Part shown: positions 25,459 to 37,877 of the stretch, in pieces
Position numbering within the stretch: position 1 is the first letter of the stretch
Layout: each line of letters opens with the position of its first letter
Assembly: GCA_951406725.2 (NCBI GenBank)
Contig: OX597824.1
Coordinates: 34,782,001-34,846,000, forward strand
Reading direction: 5' to 3'
DNA length: 64,000 nucleotides
Source of the DNA: Octopus vulgaris
Lineage: Eukaryota
Notes under the pieces: generated by a model
Database searches by the model: none
The model's input: the letters and a program-made list of their open reading frames with translations, nothing else
Told to the model about the DNA's origin: nothing
Translations under genes and position numbers: made by a program

Positions 25459-25497
<39 letters not shown>

Positions 25498-25670
25498 GTA
25501 TATATGTATATGTATATATATATATGTATATGTATATATGTATATGTATTTATATATGTATATGTATATATGTATATATGTATATATATATATATATGTA
25601 TATGTATATATATATATATGTATATGTATATATATATATATGTATATGTATATATATATATATGTATATG

Positions 25671-25701
<31 letters not shown>

Positions 25702-26289
25702 GTATATGCATATATATATATATGTATATGCATATATATATATGTATATGTATTTATATATATATATGTATATGATTTACCCTATTCATCTTTAGACAAT
25801 GCATTGTTTCAACCTGGCTTCTTTACCGATGAGACGAACCATTGGTAGATTGACTTGATTAGGTTTAATTTAATTTAATTAGGCTGGTTTGCCATTAAAA
25901 ACGTCGAAACAATGCATTGTTAGTTTTTCAGTTTGCATTTACACTGACCGAATGCAATGATGAAGCCACGGACATTTGAATTATGTAAGTAATTCTTTTG
26001 TTAAAGGCCGAAACCGATGTATGCATTTAAGTCTGTTTTTTATATAAATTTTCATCTGTCCTGCCCGCCAAATTTTTTTCTGGTGTTCGCTGAATTTTTC
26101 CTCTAGAGAATTTCCTATGTAGTTTGATCGTTGATGATCGGTTTCTAGCATATGGCCGACCACCTAGCAGTCCAGCCCTGCCAATATACACATATATTAG
26201 AATTTTCTCTGACTTCTCAGATTTTTTGTATGCTAGACTACTGGTTTTAAATTGATATTAAAATTAATATTAATTTATCTCCCTCATTA

Positions 26290-26550
26290 TTTAAATATCT
26301 ATCTCTCTCTCTACGAAATATAACCTTTTAGGCTACCTTTAAGCATTAACCCCATCTTTCCGCCATAACTTGATTTTGGCTTTCCTATCTCTCTCTCTAC
26401 GAAATATAACGTTTTAGGCTACCTTTAAGCATTAACCCCATCTTTCCGCCATAACTTGATTTTGGCTTTCCTATCTCTCTCTCTACGAAATATAACCTTT
26501 TTTAGGCTACCTCCAAGCATTAATCCCATCTTTCCCCATCTTTCCGCCAT
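26290..26550 (+). repeat. Three tandem copies of a unit of about 85 bp at the RTE 5' end
   Basis: ctctctctctacgaaatataac...ggctacc...aagcattaa.cccatctttcc appears three times. Confidence 0.85.
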
Positions 26551-26556
26551 CGACAG

Positions 26557-26958
26557 TGCGCCCCCCCCCACCCCCACCACCAATACCGGTGAACACGCCC
26601 CCCCACCACCACCAATACCGGTGAACACGCCCCCCACCAATACCGGTGAACACGTCCCCCTACCCCCACCACCAATACCGGTGAACACGCCCCCCACCAC
26701 CACCAATACCGGTGAACACGCCCCCCCACCAATACCGGTGAACACGCCTCCACCCCCACCACCAGTACCGGTGAACACGCCCCCACCCCACCCCCACCAC
26801 CAATACCGGTGAACACGCCTCCCTCCCACCCCACCCCACCACCAATACCGGTGGGCACGCCCCCCACCCCCACCACCAATACCGGTGAACACGCCTCCCT
26901 CCCACTCCACCACCAATACCGGTGAACACGCCTCCCCACCACCAATACCGGTGAACAC
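26557..26958 (+). repeat. C-rich minisatellite (core ccaataccggtgaacacgcc, more than 10 copies)
   Basis: Direct inspection; variable C/CCA spacers. Confidence 0.9.
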
Positions 26959-27381
26959 TGTTCTCACCATCTACACCGGATACGCTCTACTCCCTCCTCC
27001 TCCCCCTTCCTACCCCTTCTCCTCATATGCTTTCACTGTGAAAAGACAAGCTGCTAGCGCCACAGCTCATCAACTGCCCACTGATCTTACGCTTCCTCCT
27101 GACACTGCCTCAATCCGACTATCTCCTTCCAGTCCCCTCCGTAATATCCTACGTTTTTATTTCTTACGAACCTACACCAACCCTTCCTGCCATCGTTCCT
27201 CCTTACCCCAACCTTCCCCACTGGTGCTCCCCTATATTGACCGCACCCCCTCTACTATCTCTCCCTCTCTTTTCACTGGTAAAACCTTTCTCAGCTGGAC
27301 CCCCCCCCAACTCAACTCTAGAATATCTGTATTTTCCTCCTTAGTACGCTACCTAATTACGTTACTCAGTGACGATAACGA

Positions 27382-30300
27382 ATGTCCAATGCTAACACCA
27401 GCTCCTGTCCACGGCGTGGACAGGTCGGAAGAGAGATCAAAAGAAAAATGCTACGAAAACTATCACCACCACAACAACCCTCCTCTTCTCAGGCGCTGAA
27501 TTTCCCCCTCCCCCCACATCTCCTTCCCAGTTTTCAGAGTTGGCACTATCAATGTTGGTACATTGACAGGCAAGTCTAGTGAGATTGTAGAGATGCTAGA
27601 GAGAAGACAGGTTGATGTATGCTGCATACAAGAGGTAAGATGGAGAGGTGCTTCGGCTAGGGTCCTCACGGGCAAGGCACTTAGGTACAAACTCTTCTGG
27701 CAAGGTAACGTGGAAGGTGTAGGGGGTGTAGGCATTCTCCTTGCGGAGAAATGGGTGGATGAGGTCATAGAGGTTGTCAGGGTTTGCGATAGAGTGCTTA
27801 AGCTCAGGTTGGTCCTACAGAGTGGCACAGCTATGATTATCTCCGCCTATGCCCCACAAGCGGGACTACCAAATGATCAGAAGGACAACTTTTATGATAG
27901 CCTTCTGCAGGCTACTTCAAAGACTAGTAGCAAGGACCTCATCTTTGTAGGTGGAGACTTTAATGGGCATGTTGGGCGGGAATCGGGTATCTTCACTGGG
28001 GTACATGGTGGCTATGGTATTGGCACCAGAAATGATGAGGGAACTAGACTGCTGGAATTCTGTGATGCATGTAAACTTTCAATCTGCAACACTAACTTCA
28101 AGAAGCCAGTCTGCCACCTTATAACTTATCAGTCAGGAGACTCCTCTAGCCAAATAGACTTCATCCTCACCAGACAGCGGGATGCAGGGTTGCTCTTGAA
28201 TACAAAGACCCTCCCGGGTGAAGAATGTATCCCTCAGCATAGACTAATCATCAGTGACTTTAAGCTTGAGGCCAGAAGGACTCCAAGAAACAAACCAATC
28301 CAGAAAAGAAGGATTTGGAGGCTAAAGAACCCTTCACATGGTCAGAAATTTAGGGACATACTCATCAAGAAATTTGATGAGAGGGAGGAGGAGCTTCAGA
28401 CGTCAGACATAGAAGGTAGCTGGGAATTCCTACGGGACAGCTTGCTGAGTGCCACAGACCGAGTCTGTGGATGGTGCAAAGTCCCTTCCAGACCTAGAAT
28501 TACGTGGTGGTGGAATAGTGCAGTAGATAAAGCCATCTGTAAAAAGAGACAGGCCTGGAAAGCCTGGAAGGATGGGGGCAGCAGGGAACTGTACCAGATA
28601 GCCAAAAGGGAGGCTGGGCGGCAGGTATACATAGCCAAAGACGTAGCAGAAAAGAAGAAGTTTGCCAATGTCCAGCGACGCGAGGATCAAAGAGCTGAAG
28701 TATTTCGGATTGCCAGACAGTGTGTCAGAGAAAATAGTGATGTTATAGGAGAGAAATGTGTCCGCATGGATGATGGGGCACTTGCTTTTACTGCTAGTGA
28801 ATAGAAAGAGGCTTGGAGAAGCCATTATGAAAGACTGCTGAATGAGGAGAATGAATGGGAGGAGGAGAGCCTGCCAAATGTTGACCCAGTAGAGGGACCA
28901 GCTACCCGAATAGACAGCTCCCTTGTAGATAAGGCAATTAAGGATATGAAACCAGGCAAAGCCCCTGGCCTATCAGGAATCACTGCTGAGATGCTTAAAA
29001 CAGCTGGCTATGTGGGCTATACCATAGTCACCCGCATTGTAAACCAGGTAGTTCACAATGGAGTCATACCCAATGACTGGTGCAGCAGCACCATAGTCAA
29101 CTGCTACAAGGGTAAGGGTGATGCTCTAGATAGAAATAACTACAGAGGTATCAAACCTTGGACCAGGTGATGAAGGTCTCAGAGAAGGTCATAACCCATC
29201 TCATTAGGGAGAGAATTTGTTTAGATGAAATGCAGTTCGGTTTTGTACCAGGTAGAAGCACCACTGATGCTATATTCCTGGTCCGACAACTGCAGGAGAA
29301 GTACCTAGCTAAAGATAAACCCCTCTACATAGCTTTTGTAGACTTGGAGAAAGCCTTTGACAGGGTTCCCCGTTCCCTCATCTGGTGGTCGATGCGGAAA
29401 CTGGAGATTGAAGAATGGCTAATAAGGGCTGTACAGGCTCTATACAGAGAGGCTGTCAGCAAGGTTAGGATTGGCAACGAATATAGTGAAGAATTCCGGG
29501 TAGAAGTAGGTGTGCACCAGGGCTCAGCCCTCAGTCCCCTTTTATTCATCATAGTCCTTCAGGCAATAACAGAGGAATTCAAAACGGGATGCCCCTGGGA
29601 GCTCCTCTATGCCGATGACCTAGCTCTCATAGCAGAATCACTACCGGAACTAGAAGAGAAATTTCGGGTGTGGAAGCAAGGGTTGGAATCAAAGGGCCTT
29701 AGAATAAATGTAGCAAAGACCAAAGTATTAGTAAGCAGCAAGAGGTACTCAGCACACACACCCTCGGGTAGGTGGCCCTGCTCAATCTGTAGGAAAGGTA
29801 CAGGTAGAAACTCCATAAGATGCACCCAATGTAAGTTATGGACACATAAGAGGTGCAGCAACATTAAAGGGAAATTAACAGATAAGATAGCTTTCATGTG
29901 CGGCAGATGCACAGGGACAATAGACACAACAGACACTCAGAAAACAGATTCCATCACACTCCAGGGAGAGAAACTAGAAGTAGTTGATAGTTTCCGCTAC
30001 CTGGGTGACCAAGTTAGTAGCGGAGGTGGATGCACAGAGAGTATCACCACTAGAATACGAATAGCCTGGGCAAAGTTCAGAAAGCTCCTACCCCTACTGG
30101 CAACAAAAGGTCTCTCCCTCAGAGCGAAAGGTAGATTGTATGATGCATGTGTGCGAACTGCCATGCTTCACGGTAATGAAACATGGGCAGTGACTGCAGA
30201 GGACATGCGTAGACTTGAAAGAAATGAAGCTAGCATGATCCGCTGGATGTGTAGTGTCAGTGTGCACGCAAGACAGAGTGTAAGCATCCTAAGAGAAATG

Positions 30301-30654
30301 CTGGATATAAGAAGCATCAGATGTGGTGTGCAAGAGCGACGCTTGCGATGGTATGGTCATGTGCTGCGGATGGATGAAGAGAGATGTGTGAAGAAGTGCC
30401 ACTCCCAAACAGTTGAAGGTATCAGGGGGAGAGGTAGACCCAGGAAGACATGGGATGAGGTAGTCAAGCATGACCTCAGAGCATTGGGCCTCACTGAGGC
30501 AATCGCGAAAGACCGAGATCTCTGGAGATATGCTGTGACTGCAAAGACCCGGGCTGCTTTCTGCAGCAATTCCACATACCCCCTACCCATTCAAAGTACC
30601 CCGGATCCCCAAAGTACCCCGGACCCAGTTGCCCCCGTGCCGCTGGCACGTTAA
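27382..30654 (+). pseudogene. RTE LINE ORF2 (APE + RT + PHD-like finger), nearly intact
   Basis: GTINVGTL, CIQE, GDFNGH and SQIDF (APE); KAPG, FVDLEKAFD, QGSALSP and YADD (RT). Disruptions: probable frameshift in the C-run near 27505, TAG at 28802-04, frameshift near 29155. Confidence 0.93.
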
Positions 30655-30919
30655 AAGCTCGAACCGATCGCGACCAATGCCGGACCCCCCGGCCCCTGTG
30701 CAGGTGGCACGTAAAAAGCACCCAATCCACTCACGGAGTGGTTGGCGTTAGGAAGGGCATCCAGCCGTAGAAACTCTGCCAAAACAGACTGGAGCCTGGA
30801 GCGACCCCTGGCTTCCCAGACCACGGTTGAACCGTCCAACCCGTGCTAGCGTGGAAAACGTATGTTAAATGATGATGGATGATGATGATGTATATATATA
30901 TGTGTATATATATATATAT

Positions 30920-30950
<31 letters not shown>

Positions 30951-31106
30951 GTATATATATATATATGTATATATATATATGTATGTATATATATATATGT
31001 ATATATATATATATGTATATATATATATGTATATATATATATGTATATATATATGTATCTATATATATGTATATGTATATATATTTATGTATATATGTAT
31101 ATATCT

Positions 31107-31505
31107 TTTACTTGTTTCAGTCATTTGACTGCGGCCATGCTGGAGCACCGCCTTTAGTCGAGCAAATCGACCCTGGGATTTATTCTTTGTAAGCCCAGTA
31201 CTTATTCTATCGGTCTCTTTTGCCGAACCGCTAGGTGACGGGGACGTAAACACACCAGCATCGGTTGTCAAGCAATGCTAGGGGGACAAACACAGACATA
31301 GAAACACACATACACACACACACACATATATAAACATATATACGACAGGCTTCTTCCAGTTTCCGTCTACTAAATCCACTCACAAGGCATTGGTCAGCCT
31401 GGGGCTATAGCTGAAGACACTTGCCGAAGGTGCCACGCAGTGGGACTGAACCCAGAACCATGTGGTTGGTTAGCAAGCTACTTCCCACACAGCCACTCCT
31501 GCACC
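31107..31505 (-). mobile_element. Full-length tRNA-derived SINE
   Basis: Reverse complement of the 59546-59937 family; another copy lies at 39110-39522. Confidence 0.88.
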
Positions 31506-31587
31506 TGTATATATGTATATATATGTATATATATATGTATGTATATATATATATGTATATATATATATATGTATATATATATATGTG

Positions 31588-31618
<31 letters not shown>

Positions 31619-31715
31619 GTGTATATATATATATGTATATATATATATGTGTATATATATATGTATATATATGTATATATATATATATGTATATATATGT
31701 GTATATATTTATATG

Positions 31716-31746
<31 letters not shown>

Positions 31747-31749
31747 GTG

Positions 31750-31786
<37 letters not shown>

Positions 31787-31803
31787 GTATATATATATAT
31801 GTG

Positions 31804-31835
<32 letters not shown>

Positions 31836-31841
31836 CATATA

Positions 31842-32463
31842 TTTCTACAGCTGGATGCCCTTCCTAACGCCAACCACTCCGACAGTGTAGTGGGTGATTT
31901 TATGTGCCACCGACACAGGTGCCAGACGAGGCTGGCAGACGGCCACGCTCGGATGGTGTTTTTTATGTGCCACCGACACAGGTGCCAGACGAGGCTGGCT
32001 GACGGCCACGCCGGATGGTGTTTTTTATGTGCCACCGACACAGGTGCCAGATGAGGCTGGCGGACGGCCACGCTCGGATGGTGTTTGTTACGTGCCCTCA
32101 GCACGGAGGCCAGTCGTTGCGGTACTGGCTACGGTCACGTTCGGATGGTTTTCTTATGTGCCACCGGCACTGGTACCACAAGGATACAAATTCCATTGAT
32201 GTTCATCTATTTTGATTTGGTTCGATTTGATTTGATTTGATTCGATTCTCACTTGCCTCAACAGGTCTTCACAAGTGTCACAAGAAGGAAGGTATGCACA
32301 GGTGGACTGACTACGTCCCAGGTAGGGGCCACAGATTATGGCTTCACTAGTCTTGCCGGGTCTTCTCACGCACAGCATACTTCCATAGGTCTCGGTCTCT
32401 AGTCATTTCCATGGTGAGACCTAACGTCCGAAGGTCGTGCTTCACCACCTCGTCCCAGGTTTT

Positions 32464-32465
<2 letters not shown>
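31842..32465 (-). mobile_element. Truncated RTE: ORF2 end plus 3' UTR with tandem repeats of about 60 bp
   Basis: [18 protein letters not shown]...DRDLWKYAV followed by repeated tgtgccaccgacacaggtgccag units. Confidence 0.85.
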
Positions 32466-32512
<47 letters not shown>

Positions 32513-32517
32513 GTTTT

Positions 32518-32566
<49 letters not shown>

Positions 32567-32596
32567 ATATTTAGATGAATGCATTTAAACAAATTT

Positions 32597-33020
32597 TACA
32601 TAATATACATCTGGAAGATCCTGGAAGGACTTGTCCCAAACTTTGACATCGAGAGTTATATAAATACAAGAACTGGGCTCCACTGCTTAGTGCTAAGGAC
32701 TCCAAATTTTCTATCAAGATGTAGGACAAGATACTGCAATAGCCTGGGCTTCAGAGGTCCACAGCTCTTCAATATTCTCCCAAAGGACCTGAGAGACCTG
32801 GATGGGGTGGATGTTGGTGTCTTCAAAATAAATTAGGACCTCTTCCTGTCAGGTGTCCCAGATGAACCAACTTCGTGAGAGGAGGTGCAAATGAGTGCAG
32901 CTGCATCAAACTCTCTCATGCACCAAATGTCAATTGCTAAAAAGCATTCATGAAGTAAAATCATGTAGCAACACAAAATGGTGGTGCCCCAGCATGTCCA
33001 CAGCTCCTGAGCTGAAACTA
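32597..33020 (+). mobile_element. CR1-group LINE 3' fragment
   Basis: IIYIWKILEGLVPN...GPQLFNILPKDLRDL...VPDEP, then a ggtggtgccccagcatg...ctgaaac tail. Confidence 0.8.
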
Positions 33021-34513
33021 GATGAAAAGATTAAAAAAAAGAATTTCATATTCTTGACATTGGATATTTCCGAATTGCCAGGTTGCACATTGTGATCTTG
33101 AGAAAAAATGCTTCATCTCATGTTACTCTGCAATTACTTTGACATCTGATGTGTGGCACAGGTATATGCATTGTATATGTGATGGAGGGAATGAGCTAAT
33201 ATACTGCACATTTTGACTACGCATATTTTATGAGTATTTTAATATTTTATATCAGATGTTAGAGAAGACTAACATCAACAACAGATTTAAAGTAAGTATG
33301 TGTAAAGAAGAATTATCACATTTCCTTGTATCTTAAAGAGTAGCCATTCAGTGGTAGAATAAATGGTAGAATCAGAAATATTGACAAAAAGTGTTAGTAA
33401 ATTTAATATTTTTGATGAGAAAAGTAATTGACATAGAAGTGAGGAGGATCAACAAGATTCTAATATACACAGGTAAAATTATGAATGTTGTTGATAATGA
33501 TAAATGTCAATAAAGACGAGATGTGCAAGAAGATAATGATGATGATTCTGCAAAAGCCAGCAGCAGACTAAGATTTTAGTAAGAAGGGAAATCAGACTCT
33601 GATACCATCAGGAAAATGATAGTTTTTGATATGCAAAAAACTGAATAGGTAGAAATTTCATATAGCACACCCAATGTAAATTATGGACATAAAACAAGTG
33701 TAAGTGAGGTCACTGGCTTACAGAGAAGGTAGACTTTGTATGCACAGGAAGAGTTTGCAGATAGAGCTTATGTAAGTCTTTTAAATGCTCAAAAAACCTA
33801 GTTGATCTAATTTACTGTGTAAGTGAGTGTTCCAAAAGCATAGAAGCTGTAGGATGAATGAGGTGGTAAACGGCATTGATGATAATGTGAAAATGGAAGG
33901 TTAACATTTTTTATTTCTATATTTTAATATTGATTTGTAACTGGACTACATATGTAGCCAGTATTATTGGTTTCAAATATTGCCACAAAGTCTGCAAGTT
34001 TGGTTGAAAGAGTAAGTCGATTACATTGATCTCAATCCTTAACTGGTACTTTTTTTTATCAGAATTCTTCCAGCTCACCACCTTATGCAGTAAGTAATTT
34101 TGGTATTCACATGTATTTACTAATATTGATGTATATTCTATGGAAGTGCATTGAAGCTGATTCTTAACTCCTATTTAATTGCACAGAATTATATTAATAG
34201 GAAGAAGGACTTCTTTCTGCTGTTATTGAGTCTAGACATACACAAACATTTCTACTGCAAGTTTCTGACATTTAAGGGGACATGGTGATCTTTAATGTTA
34301 AAGATGAAATTCAGCAATAAAAGTATTGAAGCTTGTTGGTGGGAATCTCTCTTGTAACATTGTGGGAACAATAATCATTCAAATGTTGACATGAAAATTG
34401 TAACCTTAAATATTTTCTTTCCTGCTTAAATTTTGTCAACCTTGGCCTACTTTAACATTTACTATCAGTGTAATGTTTATGTTCACATAAATGGTTTCCC
34501 TTTACTTTTGCAG

Positions 34514-34667
34514 CATGTCGTGAATGGACAACTCCTATTCGTTATCAAAAAAAGGGAACAACATTATTGTGAATTTTGAAGAAGGACCTTCAAAGTGTGA
34601 TATAAAAAGATATAGAGTATCAATTTTGTATGCGAAATCACCCCATTTAAAACCGGTGGCTTCCGAG
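34514..34667 (+). CDS. IL-17 receptor-like ectodomain exon (frameshift at A7, 34547-34553)
   Basis: tttgcag acceptor and GTTTGT donor; (S)CREWTTPIRYQKK/GNNIIVNFEEGPSKCDIKRYRVSILY reads like FnIII strands. Confidence 0.7.
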
Positions 34668-35404
34668 GTTTGTCAAATTTCACAATTTCAGTGTTTTTAA
34701 AATTCCTCTAATCTTCAATAATAATTAGAGAAAACATTTCTTTTTTTTCTAATCTTTATTTCATTATCTTCATTCATATTACCCATTAATTAGTTTTTAG
34801 TCAAACTCAATGATATAAAACTTATTCCATTGCATTGTTTAACTGATTTGTCCTGGTAAATTATTTTTGACTATATTGATGTTAACTATTTTGTAATATC
34901 TGTAATAAATGTAACTTTGCTTCAATACACTCCCTTGTCTTGTCACTCTACACATTCTTATTATTTTCAGTGAATTTTAGCCATAAAACTTAGTATTGAA
35001 ATTTTTTTCCCATTTCTCTAACAGATCTAGTTCTGGCTTTAAAACAAAACAAAGAAAATTAGTTTGTGGCTATTTTGCTTTACATGATGTAATTATGTAA
35101 AGAATGATTGTTTTGGGCATATCAATACTATTACTAGAAAAATCCATTTTGTTTTATTTTTATTTTTTTGTTATTTCAACTATTAAATTACTGATTTTTA
35201 TCTTGACTAAAACTAATTTTAACCATTGAATTCAGTAAAATATAAATCATTTCACCAAATTTAATGAGACCAGAATAATTGGCATATTTTTAAATTCTAT
35301 TTTATAGTTACACCAGGTATCAAATCTTTGAAAATTATAGATTTATTATGAAAAATGTTCAGAGAATCTATTTATAGGCCAACTTTATTATTTTTTTTTT
35401 TCAG

Positions 35405-35464
35405 ATAACCCCAAATCTAACCCAGGAATTTCTTGGAATATGTGATGGAAACTACTACATAACT
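35405..35464 (+). CDS. IL-17 receptor-like ectodomain exon
   Basis: Poly-T plus cag acceptor, GTAAGT donor, phase 0-0, ITPNLTQEFLGICDGNYYIT. Confidence 0.75.
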
Positions 35465-35869
35465 GTAAGTTATTCTCCATATTGGTCTTTGTTTACTACA
35501 TTTTGTTACATTATTACATTTAAAAGGAATTCTGTTAAATAGGATAATTGCATAAATCATTGTTGTATATGTTCCCTGACTTTCCTTCTTGTGGAACTTT
35601 CCACATTTTCAAGTTGTCAGGACTTTCCACTAGCTATGTAATTTTAAAAAAACTTGTCTCTTCCATGACAAACACTTATACACATACTCACATATTTACT
35701 GCTATCAATTCTTTACCAAACTAGGGACTTTTTTTCTTTTCCAAACTTTGCATTAGTTGTATAAGTTGACTCGACTTTTCATTACTGTTTTATAGTCTTG
35801 TTTCTAAATTTCTAAATTTTACAGGCTTCTAACACCTCACCCATTATTACAGGCTTTTCTACTTTTCAT

Positions 35870-37690
35870 GCAACAGCCCAGTTACTCCGAGAAAATATCT
35901 GGAAATGTTTAATTTTTTGTTTCAATCCCTCAGCCATATTTGAACCTTCAACTGAACTGACTATATTCCCACACAAAACACTTTTGGGCATATTCCACAA
36001 TTTGAATAGTTCCATCCACTCTGTGTCGAATAGATTAACTGAAATTTTTAGCTCATAAATTTTTGCCATTTTAATTTAGTCACAAACTGTTACATTAAAT
36101 GAAATTCACCGACAAAATACAGTCTTTTACCTGTAACACCATATGCTACTTTTGTAATGTTTTTTCGCTTACAATGGTAATATCACTTCCAGTGTCTAAC
36201 TGCATTTTTACTCTTATATTTGTAACTAGCAGTATCGCCCGGCATTGCTCGGGTTTGTAAGGGAAATAACCATATAAGCATTTTTAGAGAGATACTTCCC
36301 TTATATAACCCAAGCAAATATCATTAAAAATGCAGAAAAATGATGGTAAATTTTTTTTTAAATTGTAGACTCATCGTAGACACGTGCTAATGCCCAGAAG
36401 TGCTCGATATGAATCACGACTATAAGATACCCGCATTTGGTTAAACTGTACCGCAAAATGTGGGAGTAGTTAGGAATATAAATCGGAGGAGACAGGGTCT
36501 CACACACACAACTTCAATTTTATATATAAAGATTTTCACATTTACGAATTTTCTTTTTACCATTTTCTTTCAATGACATACTGTTTATTCATTTTTCTTT
36601 GTTCCAATGTTTTATGATGTTGGTTTTACAGTGCGCTTTTACGTGTCCAATTTTTTCACAGTGGAAGCATCCTGTTTTCTTAAATGGATAGTTTTTCCTC
36701 AGGTGTAGACCTCCACATGCAAAACATGGGGTTTTTTTTCCCTAATTCTTGTTCTGTTTGTACTATATTTTAGTACACACTTGATTTCTATTCTGCCTAT
36801 TTCACACTTGTTTCATTTGGGAGCAATCTTTTTGACCAATTTTCTCTGTGTTGTGTCTTAAATTTACTATTCTTTCACACTCTTCTGACACTTGGTTTTG
36901 TTCCAGCTTAGCAAGAATTCTTGTTCTTACTTCAGCATCTTTCTTTGCAGTTGATCCCTGAGTAAATATCAGGCATTTGGACATATCTGGCATTAATTTA
37001 TCCAGCTTGAACTTTTCACATTCCCTGTTAACTCTACCAGCATATGTGATGTAGTCCTCCTCGTTCTTTTCTAGGTTCAAACATTTCCAATGTGTATTGA
37101 ATAACAAGCTTTTCTCACTAAAAATTTTACACTATATCTTTATTGTATCTTTAAAGTTTATGTCAGAAGGTTTTTTTTTTCAGGAATATGTAATTGCTGT
37201 AATGCTCATGTTCTCCTGCCAGTTTTCGTAACATAGATTAAACATGTTTTCATACCACCGTCCCAATCTTTGCACTCTTTATTGAAGATTTGTTTGTATC
37301 TTCTATAGGTAACTCCTTTCTCCGGTTTATACTTAAAAAAACTCTGTTATCAAGTTCGCAACGATATCCAGCAAGAACATTTTTTCAGCATTTCCTGACA
37401 ACTTACTCTTCTTAGATTGCAGCATCTGTTGCTGTAATAGTAATTGTTATTGTTGTTGCATCTTCTGTTATTCTTGTTGTTGTTTTTGTTGCTTCTACTG
37501 TTGTTCTTGCAGTTGTAGCTGCTGCTGTTGTTTTTTTCAGTTGTTCTTACAGTTGTGCAGTTGTTGTTCTTGCAGGTGTAGCTGTTGCTGTTGTTCTTTC
37601 AGTTGTTGTTGTTGCTGTTGTTTTTGTTTCTGCTGCTGTTCTTGCAGTTGTAGCTGCCGCTGCTGTTGTTGTTGTTGTTGTTGTAAAAGA
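35870..37690 (-). pseudogene. Gypsy-type gag-protease remnant with polyQ-like N-terminus
   Basis: YAGRVNRECEKF gag, CFHCGKIGHVKAHC zinc knuckle and QLDTGSDITI protease on the minus strand. Confidence 0.8.
36226..36532 (-). mobile_element. Non-autonomous Helitron inserted in the protease remnant
   Basis: CTAG plus hairpin end, TCTTTATATATAAAA start, A|T target; removing it restores FVNVKITNIRVKMQLDTG. Confidence 0.85.
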
Positions 37691-37830
37691 CATGAAGGAA
37701 TAAAGATATAAAGTAATTTAGCAGAGCCTCTTCAAAACTTATTTTTAATATGTTCATATCAAAATAATATTTGAATGATATGAAATTTTTATTTCCTTTT
37801 TTCATGTAGAATATGATAATAGTTGATGAC

Positions 37831-37877
<47 letters not shown>

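Larger units (their letters stand above)
26290..30890 (+). mobile_element. Near full-length RTE-clade LINE
   Basis: ORF2, a 3' UTR shared with many truncated copies in the window, and a (GAT)n tail; the 5' boundary is approximate. Confidence 0.88.

Noticed and set aside
24312-25848. Many YIYI/MYMY ORFs (also 12835-13378 and 30869-32054)
   Set aside because: Translations of (TA)n/(TATG)n microsatellites, not genes.
26425-26970. Gly-rich and Pro-rich ORFs, and a CRISPR-like repeat/spacer look
   Set aside because: Minisatellite with low-complexity C/CCA spacers in eukaryotic DNA; no unique spacers and no cas genes.
33256-33291. Possible 36-nt exon (atcag...GTAAGT)
   Set aside because: In the phase-1 frame required at this position it reads into TAA, so it is incompatible with the exon chain.
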